Shown here piece by piece: positions 55,383 through 64,000 of a stretch of 64,000 nt of DNA. The notes below the pieces were generated by a model. It saw nothing but the letters and a program-made list of their open reading frames with translations. It was not told where the DNA came from and did no database searches. The stretch comes from Vicinamibacteria bacterium (lineage in GTDB: Bacteria > Acidobacteriota > Vicinamibacteria > Marinacidobacterales > Marinacidobacteraceae), in contig OZ219815.1 in the NCBI GenBank assembly GCA_964291235.2, positions 832,001-896,000 on the forward strand. The letters run 5' to 3'. Each line of letters opens with the position of its first letter. Position 1 is the stretch's first letter. The translations under genes were made by a program, and so were the position numbers.

Positions 55383-55816
55383 CCAAACGGGGATTCCGGG
55401 CCGGCCTGCCAACCCGAACAGGCTCCCCGAGGGGAGCGTCGGGCGCCGCGCGTGACACCGCAAACGTGCTGGGACGTCGCAATTGACGAATGTTCGGTGT
55501 ACCGTAGTACCGTCTGGTCCCGGAGGTGGATGCCTTGCTCAAGCAGCCAGTTGAACTCTGGCAACTCCGGCGGCGGCCATCGTCGGGAGTCATCAGCAGC
55601 ATCACGTCGAGATGGTCGAGGCGCTGACGACGCACGATCACGAAACTCCATGACCAAGACGACGGGCATCCTGCGGGACACGCGGCGCTGGAGGAAGAAT
55701 CCACGCCATCCGCGAAGATGTTGCCGGAATGGCGGGCCATTTTGGAACATGTTGACCCCCTTTCCAGGTGCCGCCGCGGATCCGCACGCACCGTGTGCCG
55801 GAGCCGGGAAAGGTAG

Positions 55817-56848
55817 ATGGCATTGACGAACGCAAACAGTCCCAACGCCGGTTCCCAGCTGCGGGGTCCAGCCCCTCCGGGCCACTCCGGCGACGATTAC
55901 CAGGATCCCTTCCAGGGCGACCCGGGCCGGTCCGAGAGTTCCGCTGCCGCGGGCAACCGAGGCCTGTGGATCGCGCTGGTTCTGATCGTCGGGTTCATGA
56001 TCGGCGAGGTCACCGCCGGCTTCCTGGCGGGCAGCCTGATCCTCCTCGCCCACGCGGGACACATGCTTGCGGACGGCGTGTCCATCGGGATCGCCCTGGT
56101 GGCGATGCGCTTCTCGCCCCAGTCAGCGACGGTGGAGCGGACCTACGGTTTCCATCGCACGGAAGTCTTCGCCGCCCTCGTGAACGCGCTGGTGCTGTGG
56201 GGGATTTCCGTCGCGGTGCTCTTCGAGGGATACCGGCGTCTCTCCGACACTCCGGAAGTCCAGGGTGAACTCCTGCTGATCGTGGGATCGATCGGTCTCG
56301 TCGTGAACATCTCGGCTGTCTGGCTCCTGCACGGGCCGGCACAGCGGAACGTCACGGTCCAGGGTGTGGTGCAGCACATGATCACCGACCTGCTGGGGTC
56401 GGTTGCGGTGGTGGTCGCCGGGGTGCTCGTCTGGGCGTTCGGCTGGCAGGTGGCGGATCCCGTCCTGAGCCTGCTGATCGGGGTCCTGATCCTGGCGAGC
56501 ACCTGGCGCCTGCTGTCCAAGGTCGTGCAGGTCCTTCTGGAGGGCACTCCGGAACACATCGACGTGTACGCACTCTGCTACCAGATCGAGCAGTTGGAGG
56601 GCATCACGCTGATTCACGACGTGCATTGCTGGACCCTGGCTCCGGGATACGACGCGATGACCGCGCACATTCTGGTGGAACCCGACTCCGGGTCGGGTGA
56701 CGGCCGTGATTCCCTGCTGGACAGCATCAGGGACATTGCCTACAAGGAATTCAACATCCACCACATCACGATCCAGCTCGAAACCGCAGCCGGCCGCTGC
56801 CTCGAAGCTCACCACGTCGGCCACCTGATGGCTACCGCCCGCGACTAG
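55817..56848 (+). CDS. Cation diffusion facilitator (CzcD/ZitB-like)
   Basis: AGHMLAD, TYGFHRTE, HMITDLLGS, IHDVHCW, HHITIQLE. Confidence 0.92.
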   Translation: MALTNANSPNAGSQLRGPAPPGHSGDDYQDPFQGDPGRSESSAAAGNRGLWIALVLIVGFMIGEVTAGFLAGSLILLAHAGHMLADGVSIGIALVAMRFSPQSATVERTYGFHRTEVFAALVNALVLWGISVAVLFEGYRRLSDTPEVQGELLLIVGSIGLVVNISAVWLLHGPAQRNVTVQGVVQHMITDLLGSVAVVVAGVLVWAFGWQVADPVLSLLIGVLILASTWRLLSKVVQVLLEGTPEHIDVYALCYQIEQLEGITLIHDVHCWTLAPGYDAMTAHILVEPDSGSGDGRDSLLDSIRDIAYKEFNIHHITIQLETAAGRCLEAHHVGHLMATARD

Positions 56849-56900
56849 GCGAACGGGTAGGCAGTGGCTCCTGAGGCCTAGTCAGCCGGAGGAGGGAGGA

Positions 56901-58166
56901 ATGCGAACGTCGGGTCCGCGAACGCTACTGGCTCTCGGCAGCCTTCTCCTGCTGCCGAACGCCGCCATCGGCCAGGAAGGCGTTCGTCGCGTGACTCTCG
57001 GCGAAGCTCTGCAGGAGTTCGTCGAGAACAGCCTCGCGTTGAAGATCGCCCGGTCGGAGGCCGCAGAGATCGCGGGGGCCGCGCGCCAGTCCCGGGTCTA
57101 TTCGAACCCGTCGCTCTCCTTCAGCCACGACGACCTCCACCACGACGACCCCGTGACCGGGACGGAGAGGTTCTGGGAACAGACCATCCAGTTCGTTCAG
57201 GAAGTCGAATGGCCCGCCCGCACCTCCGCGCGGCGCCGGGCGGCCACCCACACCATCAGCGCCAGCCGGGCCGGGCTGCGCGCCGAGTCGGTTGAGCTCG
57301 CCTTCGAGGTCCGCGAGGCCTACGCCGTGGCATGGTTTGCCGAGGAGGCGGAACGCACCGTAAGCGAGGCCGCCGAGGTGATCCGCAGGGTGGCGGAGGA
57401 CGCCGAGGCCCGCCTGGAGGCGGGAGACATCTCGGCCTACGAGACCCGCCGGCTACGCCTCGAGCGGGTACGAGCCGAGCAGGAGGTGGTGGACGCCGGA
57501 CTCCGGGCCCGCACCGCCCGAAGGCGTCTGGCCGCGCTCATCTCCCCCGGAACCGGAACGGAGGAGGTCGGTCCCTCGAACGGGCTTGATCGAATTCCAC
57601 CACCGGTGACCCGCGAAGCCGCGCTGGGCGCTCTCTCCGAGCGGCCGGATCTGGAAGCCGCGGCGCGAGAGCGGGACGCTGCCGAGGCCAGTGTGGAGGT
57701 AGCCAGTTTCGCCATGAGACCCGCCCCGGCCGTCGGCGTCGGATACCGGCATCATCTGGACGGATTCGCCGGCGCCGCTCTGAGCCTCGATGTGCCCCTG
57801 CCGGTGTTCGACAGGGGAAGGGGGACACAGGAGGAGGCGGCCGCCCGGAGTTCCGCGGCCGCCTATCGGCTGGATCTGAGGCGACGGCTGGCCGAGTACG
57901 ATCTGGTGGGCGCTGCGGATCACTACGCAGCCGGGCGGGCCCGCGTCGAAGCGGCGGTGGACGGGCTGCTGGCGGACGGCGAATTCGTCCTGTCCTCCGC
58001 GACCGCGGCGTATGCCGAGAACGAAATGACCCTGGTCGAACTGCTCGACGCGGCCGACGCGTTTCAGGGGGCCCGGCTCACGGCGCTGTCGCTGCAGTCC
58101 GACGCCTGGATCGGCTATTTCGACCTGCTTCGCGCCATGGGAAGGGGCTCGGAGGAGCAACCATGA
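56901..58166 (+). CDS. TolC family outer membrane efflux protein (CzcC-like)
   Basis: Signal peptide; RPDL, VPLPVFDR, AYAENEMTLVELLDA; operon position. Confidence 0.88.
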   Translation: MRTSGPRTLLALGSLLLLPNAAIGQEGVRRVTLGEALQEFVENSLALKIARSEAAEIAGAARQSRVYSNPSLSFSHDDLHHDDPVTGTERFWEQTIQFVQEVEWPARTSARRRAATHTISASRAGLRAESVELAFEVREAYAVAWFAEEAERTVSEAAEVIRRVAEDAEARLEAGDISAYETRRLRLERVRAEQEVVDAGLRARTARRRLAALISPGTGTEEVGPSNGLDRIPPPVTREAALGALSERPDLEAAARERDAAEASVEVASFAMRPAPAVGVGYRHHLDGFAGAALSLDVPLPVFDRGRGTQEEAAARSSAAAYRLDLRRRLAEYDLVGAADHYAAGRARVEAAVDGLLADGEFVLSSATAAYAENEMTLVELLDAADAFQGARLTALSLQSDAWIGYFDLLRAMGRGSEEQP

Positions 58167-59890
58167 CCGCCCGTGGAAAAAGCGCCCCGCATCATCACGC
58201 CTTAGCAGCCGGTGGAGACCCGGTTCCCTTCGAGGTCCCGGGAATGTGGGGCGCTTTCCCCACGGGACGGCGGAACGAAGCGCCGCGGGCGCTGGGTGGC
58301 GTCCCGCGGGGAATGCAACGAACCGCCGTTCACGGGTGGCTGCTCGCTTCGCTGATGAGCCTCGGGCTGGCAGGTTGCGGCGGCGCCGGGGAGGAGAGCG
58401 ACGCCGCTGTCTCGGCGCACGATCCCCACCCCGGCGGAGGACAGTTCACCGCGCGGTCCGGAGACATCGAGCTGTTCGCCCTGTACCCGCACCAGATCGT
58501 GGGCACCGAGAGCGAAGAGACCTGGGAGATCCACCTGACCTGGGTGGAAAGCTGGCAGCCGGTCGAGGACGCCAGGGTGACGCTCAACATGGTCGGGCCG
58601 ACCCGCACGGAGCGGCAGCTGGCCGCCCAGCCGGGCGTCCCGGGCGTGTATCTCGCGGTGCCCACGCTGCCGACCATCGGAACCTGGCGGGCTGCGTTTG
58701 CGGTGTCGGCCGACGGCCGGGAATACGCATTCGAGGCTCAGCCGTTCGAGGTTTTCGAGAGCGAGGAAGGGGTCGATCCGCATGCCGGGCATGACCATGA
58801 CGACCATGAGGGGCACGGCCTGCCGGGAGACGTGCACGAAGACGAGCCCGACGCGGGGCTGATCACCCTGGCCGTGGAAGAACAGTGGTCCATTCCTTTT
58901 GCGGTCGCCACCGCCGAGGAACGCGAAATCCCGGCCTCGTTTCCGGCCGCCGGTGAACTGGTAGCTCCCCCCGGAGGTCTCGTACACGTATCCGCCCCGG
59001 TCGCGGGACTCGTGCAGGTGGATGGCCCCCCGCTGGGACCCGGTGATTTCGTGCGGGCCGGGCAGGTTCTGGCTCTGATTGCACCCGTCCGCCTGGACAA
59101 CTCGTACGAGCGCACTCAGGCGGACGTGGCGGCGGCGCAACTCGAGGCCGAAAGGGCCGAGCGCCTTCTTGAGGCGGGCGCCATTCCCGCGCGCCGCCTG
59201 GAGGACGCGCGCCGTGAGCTCGCGGTCGCGGTCGCGGCCTTCGAAGCCATCCGGGGAGGCACGCCGGGAAACGTCGGTGATGACAATGCCGCTTCCGACC
59301 TCTACCGCGTGCGGAGCCCCATTGACGGGATGATCGCGGTCCGTGACGCCGCGCTCGGCGAGCAGGCGGAAGTGGGGGAACATTTCTTCACGATCGTGAA
59401 CACCACGACGCTCTGGTTCGTCGCCCGGGTTCCCGCCCGCTACGCGGCGGAAACCGGCCGGATCCGGGGCGCGTGGTTCACCGTCGAGGGAGGCGCGAGC
59501 CCCTACACGGTGAGCCGGGTGCTGTCCGTCGGCAGCATGATCGACCCGGAAAGCCGCACCCTCCCGGTCCGGTTCGCCGTCCCGAATTCCGACCGGGCCC
59601 TGAAGGTGGGGATGCTGGCGGAAGGACAGATCCTCATTGGCGATGCGGTGCGAGGCGCGGCGGTCCCAACCTCCGCGATCCAGGACGAGAACGGTCTCTC
59701 CGTCATCTACGTCAAGGTCACCGGAGACATGTTCGATCGCCGCGTAGTGGACATCGGCGCGTCGGACGGATCATGGACGCTGGTCGCCTCGGGGCTCGAA
59801 CTCGGGGAGCAGGTGGTCACCGAAGGGGCGTACCAGGTCAATCTGGCCGCCCTGGGCACCATCGAACCGTCCCATGGCCACGCTCACTGA
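58163..59890 (+). CDS. RND periplasmic adaptor (CzcB/CusB-like), His-rich
   Basis: LAGC lipobox (true start may be internal); HAGHDHDDHEGH; VRSPIDG; VVTEGAY; C-terminal HGHAH. Confidence 0.9.
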   Translation: MTARGKSAPHHHALAAGGDPVPFEVPGMWGAFPTGRRNEAPRALGGVPRGMQRTAVHGWLLASLMSLGLAGCGGAGEESDAAVSAHDPHPGGGQFTARSGDIELFALYPHQIVGTESEETWEIHLTWVESWQPVEDARVTLNMVGPTRTERQLAAQPGVPGVYLAVPTLPTIGTWRAAFAVSADGREYAFEAQPFEVFESEEGVDPHAGHDHDDHEGHGLPGDVHEDEPDAGLITLAVEEQWSIPFAVATAEEREIPASFPAAGELVAPPGGLVHVSAPVAGLVQVDGPPLGPGDFVRAGQVLALIAPVRLDNSYERTQADVAAAQLEAERAERLLEAGAIPARRLEDARRELAVAVAAFEAIRGGTPGNVGDDNAASDLYRVRSPIDGMIAVRDAALGEQAEVGEHFFTIVNTTTLWFVARVPARYAAETGRIRGAWFTVEGGASPYTVSRVLSVGSMIDPESRTLPVRFAVPNSDRALKVGMLAEGQILIGDAVRGAAVPTSAIQDENGLSVIYVKVTGDMFDRRVVDIGASDGSWTLVASGLELGEQVVTEGAYQVNLAALGTIEPSHGHAH

Positions 59891-59900
59891 CGGATCCGCC

Positions 59901-62900
59901 ATGGGTGGATCCGAACAGCGGGGCTTTCTCGACCACTTCGTCAGCGCTTCCCTCAAGAACCCCTTCCTGGCGCTCATCCTCGCCATGGGCCTCTTCGTGG
60001 GCGGCAGCTGGATCGCCGCCACGTTCCCGGTCGATGTCTTCCCCGACCTGACGGCTCCGACCGTCACGGTGTTGACCGATGCGCAGGGGCTGGCGCCGGA
60101 GGATGTCGAGGTAGCGATCACCTTCCCGATCGAAACGGCGCTGAACGGGGCGCTGGGGGTGCGGCGGGTCCGCTCGAGATCCGCCCACGGGATCAGCATT
60201 GTCTGGGCCGACTTCGAGTGGGGAACGGACATCTTCCTCGCCCGGCAGATCGTGAGCGCCCGATTGCAGGCGCAGGCGCTGGATCTTCCGGAAGGCGTGG
60301 ACCCGCCTGTGCTCGCGCCCGTCAGTTCGATCATGGGCGAGATCATGCTGGTCGGCTTGAGTGCGCCCGAACCGCGGCTCATGGAGGTCCGCACCCTGGC
60401 GGACTGGGTGGTGCGCCGCCGGCTGCTGGCGGTGCCGGGCGTCTCGCAGGTGATCTCCCAGGGCGGCGATGTCCGCGAATACCAGGTCCTGATCCATCCG
60501 CAGCGCCTGCTGGCCTACGAGGTGGGGCTCGAGGACGTGCTCGCCGCCACCGCGGGATCCAGCGAGAACGTGTCCGGAGGCCTCTACTGGACGAGCGGGC
60601 GTGAGGTTCTGGTTCGCGGGATCGTGCGCCCCGGCAATGCCGAAGACATCGCCCGGACCGTGGTGACGACGAGGGAGGGAATCCCGGTCCTGATCGAGGA
60701 TCTCGCGGACGTGCAGGTGGGTCCCAAGATCACCTACGGAACGGGGTCCGTGAACGCGGAACCCGCGGTGATCCTCTCGATCCAGAAACAGGCCGGAGCC
60801 AACACCCTGGAACTCACGGAGCGGGTAGAAGCCGAACTGGACCAGATCGAGGCCGTCCTCCCGGAGGGGATCACCCTGGAACGGGAGATCTTCCGGCAGG
60901 CGGACTTCATCTCGCTCGCGGTGGACAACGTGATCCTCGCGCTCCGTGACGGCGCCCTGTTCGTCATCGCCACGCTGCTGTTCTTCCTCTGGAACGTGCG
61001 CACGACCCTGATCTCGGTGGTCGCGATTCCCCTATCGCTCGCTCTCGCGATCATCGTGATGCGTGCTCTCGGCGGCACGGTGAACACCATGACGCTGGGC
61101 GGGATGGCGATCGCGATCGGGGCCCTCGTTGACGACGCGATCATCTTCGCCGAGAACGTCCATCGCCGCCTCCGTGACAACCGCCGGCGGCCGCGCGGTG
61201 AGCGCAGCGCCCCGCTGTCCATCATCAGCGGCGCCGCCAGCGAGATCCGGGATCCGATCCTCAATGCGACGTTGATCATCACGATCGTCTTCGTGCCGCT
61301 GTTCTTCCTTACCGGCGTGGAAGGGCGGATGCTCAAGCCCCTCGGCGAGGCGTACATCATCAGCATCCTGTCGTCGCTGTTCATCGCCGTGACCGTGACC
61401 CCGGCGCTGTGCTATCTGCTGCTCCCGAACGACCGCTCGATACGGCGCCAACGCGAACCGTGGCTGGTCCGCGGACTCGAGTTCCTCTACCGGTGGGTGC
61501 TCGACTGGGCGCTCCTCCGGTCCGGGAAGATGCTTCTCGCGTCGGCGCTGCTGCTGGCCGGGACGCTGGCGGTCGTTCCCACGCTGGGCCGGGAGTTTCT
61601 GCCGGAATTTCAGGAGGGCTCGCTGACGATCGCGATCATCGGAGTACCGGGTACCTCGCTCGACGAGTCCGACGAGACCGGCAGACGCGTGGAACGGAGG
61701 CTGCTACAGGTCCCGGGGGTGGTTTCGACGGCGCGGCGCACCGGCCGCGCCGAACTGGATGAGGAGGCGCAGGGCGCCAACGTCTCGCACGTGGAAGCCC
61801 AACTGGATCTCACCGGCCGGGAACTCGCCGCGGTCATGGCCGAGGTCCGCGAGCATCTTGCGGGGATTCCCGGAACCAGCATCACGGTGGGACAGCCGAT
61901 CGGCCACCGCATCGATCACATGCTTTCCGGGACGCGCGCCGCGATCGCGATCAGCATCTTCGGACCCGATCTGCGGGAACTGCGCAACATCGCGGGCCAG
62001 ATTGAGGCCATCGCCCACGACGTCCAGGGTCTCGTGGACGTCTCCGCGGAGCAGCAGGCCGAGGTGCCTCAGTTGCAGGTCCGGGCGAACCGCCGGGCTA
62101 TGGCCCGCTACGGCGTCACTCCCGGACACCTTGCGCAAGCCGTCAACGTCGCGATTCAGGGCGAGGCCGTTTCCATCGTGCGGGAGGGGGAGCGGACGTT
62201 CGATCTCCTGGTGCGCTACGCCGACGAGTACCGCACCGACCCGGAAGCCATCGGCAGCGCGCTGATGGCAACCCCCGCCGGGCCGATCGTGCCCTTGTCA
62301 CAACTCGCTTCCATCGTGAGGGCCATGGGACCGAACATGATCACGCGAGAAAACGTCCAGCGAAAGATCGTGGTCAGCGCCAACGTGGCGGAGCGCGACG
62401 TCATCGGGGCCGTCACCGAGCTTCAGGATCGGGTCGCGGCCGGACTGGACCTTCCGCCCGAGTACTTCCTCCAGTACGGAGGCCAGTTCGAGAGCGGCGA
62501 AGCTGCCAGCCGCCGCATCACCATTCTGTCGCTGTTCTCGGTCGGGGCGATCTTTCTGATCATGTTCCGCGCGTTCGGAAGCTTCCGGACGGCCATGTTC
62601 CTCATGGTGAATCTGCCGCTGGCCCTGACGGGCGGCATTGCCGCCGTCCTGCTGATCGGCGGCACCGTGAATGTCGCCACGCTGGTCGGCTTCATAACCC
62701 TGTTCGGAATCGCGGTCCGGAACGGGATGCTCCTCGTGAGCCGGTACCAGGACCTGTGCGCGGGCGGGATGCCGCTCCCCGAGGCCATCCGGCAGGGCTC
62801 GGTGGAACGTCTGAGCCCCATTCTGATGACCGCCCTGACCGCAGGCCTCGCCCTCATCCCGCTCGCGCTGGGGATCGGCGAACCGGGGAAGGAAATCCAG

Positions 62901-63038
62901 GCGCCACTTGCGGTCGTCGTCCTCGGCGGCCTGACCACCTCGACCGTGCTCAACATGATCGTCGTTCCGGCCCTGTTCCTGCGATACGGGCGAATGACGG
63001 TCGGAACCCCGTCCGAGACGCCGCAGCTTCCGGGATAG
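59901..63038 (+). CDS. Heavy-metal RND efflux permease (CzcA/CusA family)
   Basis: VDVFPDLT, GMAIAIGALVDDAII, RLSPILMT, PLAVVVLGG. Confidence 0.95.
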   Translation: MGGSEQRGFLDHFVSASLKNPFLALILAMGLFVGGSWIAATFPVDVFPDLTAPTVTVLTDAQGLAPEDVEVAITFPIETALNGALGVRRVRSRSAHGISIVWADFEWGTDIFLARQIVSARLQAQALDLPEGVDPPVLAPVSSIMGEIMLVGLSAPEPRLMEVRTLADWVVRRRLLAVPGVSQVISQGGDVREYQVLIHPQRLLAYEVGLEDVLAATAGSSENVSGGLYWTSGREVLVRGIVRPGNAEDIARTVVTTREGIPVLIEDLADVQVGPKITYGTGSVNAEPAVILSIQKQAGANTLELTERVEAELDQIEAVLPEGITLEREIFRQADFISLAVDNVILALRDGALFVIATLLFFLWNVRTTLISVVAIPLSLALAIIVMRALGGTVNTMTLGGMAIAIGALVDDAIIFAENVHRRLRDNRRRPRGERSAPLSIISGAASEIRDPILNATLIITIVFVPLFFLTGVEGRMLKPLGEAYIISILSSLFIAVTVTPALCYLLLPNDRSIRRQREPWLVRGLEFLYRWVLDWALLRSGKMLLASALLLAGTLAVVPTLGREFLPEFQEGSLTIAIIGVPGTSLDESDETGRRVERRLLQVPGVVSTARRTGRAELDEEAQGANVSHVEAQLDLTGRELAAVMAEVREHLAGIPGTSITVGQPIGHRIDHMLSGTRAAIAISIFGPDLRELRNIAGQIEAIAHDVQGLVDVSAEQQAEVPQLQVRANRRAMARYGVTPGHLAQAVNVAIQGEAVSIVREGERTFDLLVRYADEYRTDPEAIGSALMATPAGPIVPLSQLASIVRAMGPNMITRENVQRKIVVSANVAERDVIGAVTELQDRVAAGLDLPPEYFLQYGGQFESGEAASRRITILSLFSVGAIFLIMFRAFGSFRTAMFLMVNLPLALTGGIAAVLLIGGTVNVATLVGFITLFGIAVRNGMLLVSRYQDLCAGGMPLPEAIRQGSVERLSPILMTALTAGLALIPLALGIGEPGKEIQAPLAVVVLGGLTTSTVLNMIVVPALFLRYGRMTVGTPSETPQLPG

Positions 63039-63089
63039 CCCCCCAGGAACGACTCCGGAGCGTTTGTCAGGTGGGCGCCTCCCCGCTCA

Positions 63090-63111
63090 CGGGGGTTTTG
63101 CCACAGGCTGC
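63090..63111. mobile_element. Isolated MITE right end
   Basis: CGGGGGTTTTGCCACAGGCTGC, identical to 55362-55383. Confidence 0.7.
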
Positions 63112-63998
63112 TACGGGGTTCCAAGCTTGCGAAAGCGCTGGCGGTGGGTCCGGACGGTCATTGGCGTGCGGGCGCCGTCACGGAGCACGCCGAGCTCAAC
63201 CTCGTCCCCGGCGGAGACGTTCAGCCGCAGATAGACGAGACAGTCCGAGACCTCCGGGTCCGCCTCGACCCCGTCCACGGAGTAGATGACATCTCCGGCC
63301 CGGAGGTCGTGGAGCTTGAGCACCCCGGCGCGGGGGTTGACGCGGGTGACCTCACAGGCGAAGCCTTCGGGATCGAAGCCGAGGTCGCGCTTCCTCGCGT
63401 CGGCGAGCGGAGCGGTGGTCACGTGGGTCTGGGGATCGATCGACCAGAAACGGTGGGCGATGTCCGAAACCCACCACTGCGCCGGCAGTTCGATCGAGAG
63501 ATCAACCGGCCCGACCCCGGTTCGCTCGACGGTCAGGGAGAGGTGCGTGGCGGCCCGATCCAGACCGTCGTGGACGTAGAGCAGGTCGCCGAACGTCAGG
63601 ACCCGTTTCCCGGAGAAGTTCACGATGGCGTCGCCGGGGAGCAGTCCGGCGGCCATGGCCGCTCCCTCGGCGCGCTCGACCACGAGGCCCCGCGGCACCT
63701 CGAGGTGGATGCCGAGGTTCCGAATGTCGGGCGAGCGGAACATCTCTTGCCGCTTGTCCAGCGTTCCCTCCCGCTCCCTCGCGGCGGCCCGGTAGTCCCC
63801 GATCATGTGGCATTCGACGCAGCGCCCCCGCTGCAGTTGCTGCTCGCGCAAGCGCTGCAGGTCGCCGGGGAAGAAAGGCGGCGGCCGCCGAGGCGCCGGC
63901 AACTCCCCGGCGAGCCATCGCTCGTGCTCTCCGAGGCCCGCCCGGAGCGCGAGCGCGAAGCTGTCGAGATCCAGGTACGAGTCGGCCGAGACCGCGTC
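63111..63998 (-). CDS. PDZ-domain protein with CxxCH motif (Trx7/PDZ-like); 5' end beyond the window
   Basis: Frame open to the window edge (DAVSADSYLDLDSF...); CVECH; two PDZ-like segments (AGLLPGDAI, LRAGDVIYSVDG). Confidence 0.7.
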   Translation of the reverse strand, partial: DAVSADSYLDLDSFALALRAGLGEHERWLAGELPAPRRPPPFFPGDLQRLREQQLQRGRCVECHMIGDYRAAAREREGTLDKRQEMFRSPDIRNLGIHLEVPRGLVVERAEGAAMAAGLLPGDAIVNFSGKRVLTFGDLLYVHDGLDRAATHLSLTVERTGVGPVDLSIELPAQWWVSDIAHRFWSIDPQTHVTTAPLADARKRDLGFDPEGFACEVTRVNPRAGVLKLHDLRAGDVIYSVDGVEADPEVSDCLVYLRLNVSAGDEVELGVLRDGARTPMTVRTHRQRFRKLGTP

Positions 63999-64000
63999 GC

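Overview
This is a high-GC bacterial chromosomal window. The Acidobacteriota-like assignment is inference, based on the carboxypeptidase-like-domain TonB receptor, tricorn protease and many Tat-exported hydrolases. It holds about 47 CDS, mostly amino-acid/peptide scavenging enzymes and transporters. Also present: an edge-truncated HTH-WYL regulator; a toxin-antitoxin islet (AbiEi/AbiEii plus Phd/ParE); a candidate biosynthetic/tailoring cluster (two P450s, HemN-like radical SAM, flavin halogenase-like enzyme, acyl-CoA ligase); a steroid 5-alpha-reductase/NAD-epimerase pair; a motif-supported ACC deaminase; and a CDF+CzcCBA metal-efflux cassette bracketed by MITE ends. Non-coding structure is rich: a REP hairpin family with compensatory changes, two MITE copies, and a spacer-less array of 23.5 x 32-bp repeats. 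Nearly every array unit carries a DnaA-box-like nonamer, and the array is enclosed by two ~225-bp direct repeats that are each nested inverted repeats. I saw no rRNA, tRNA, CRISPR array or transposase. All calls come from motif recognition by eye; no searches were run.
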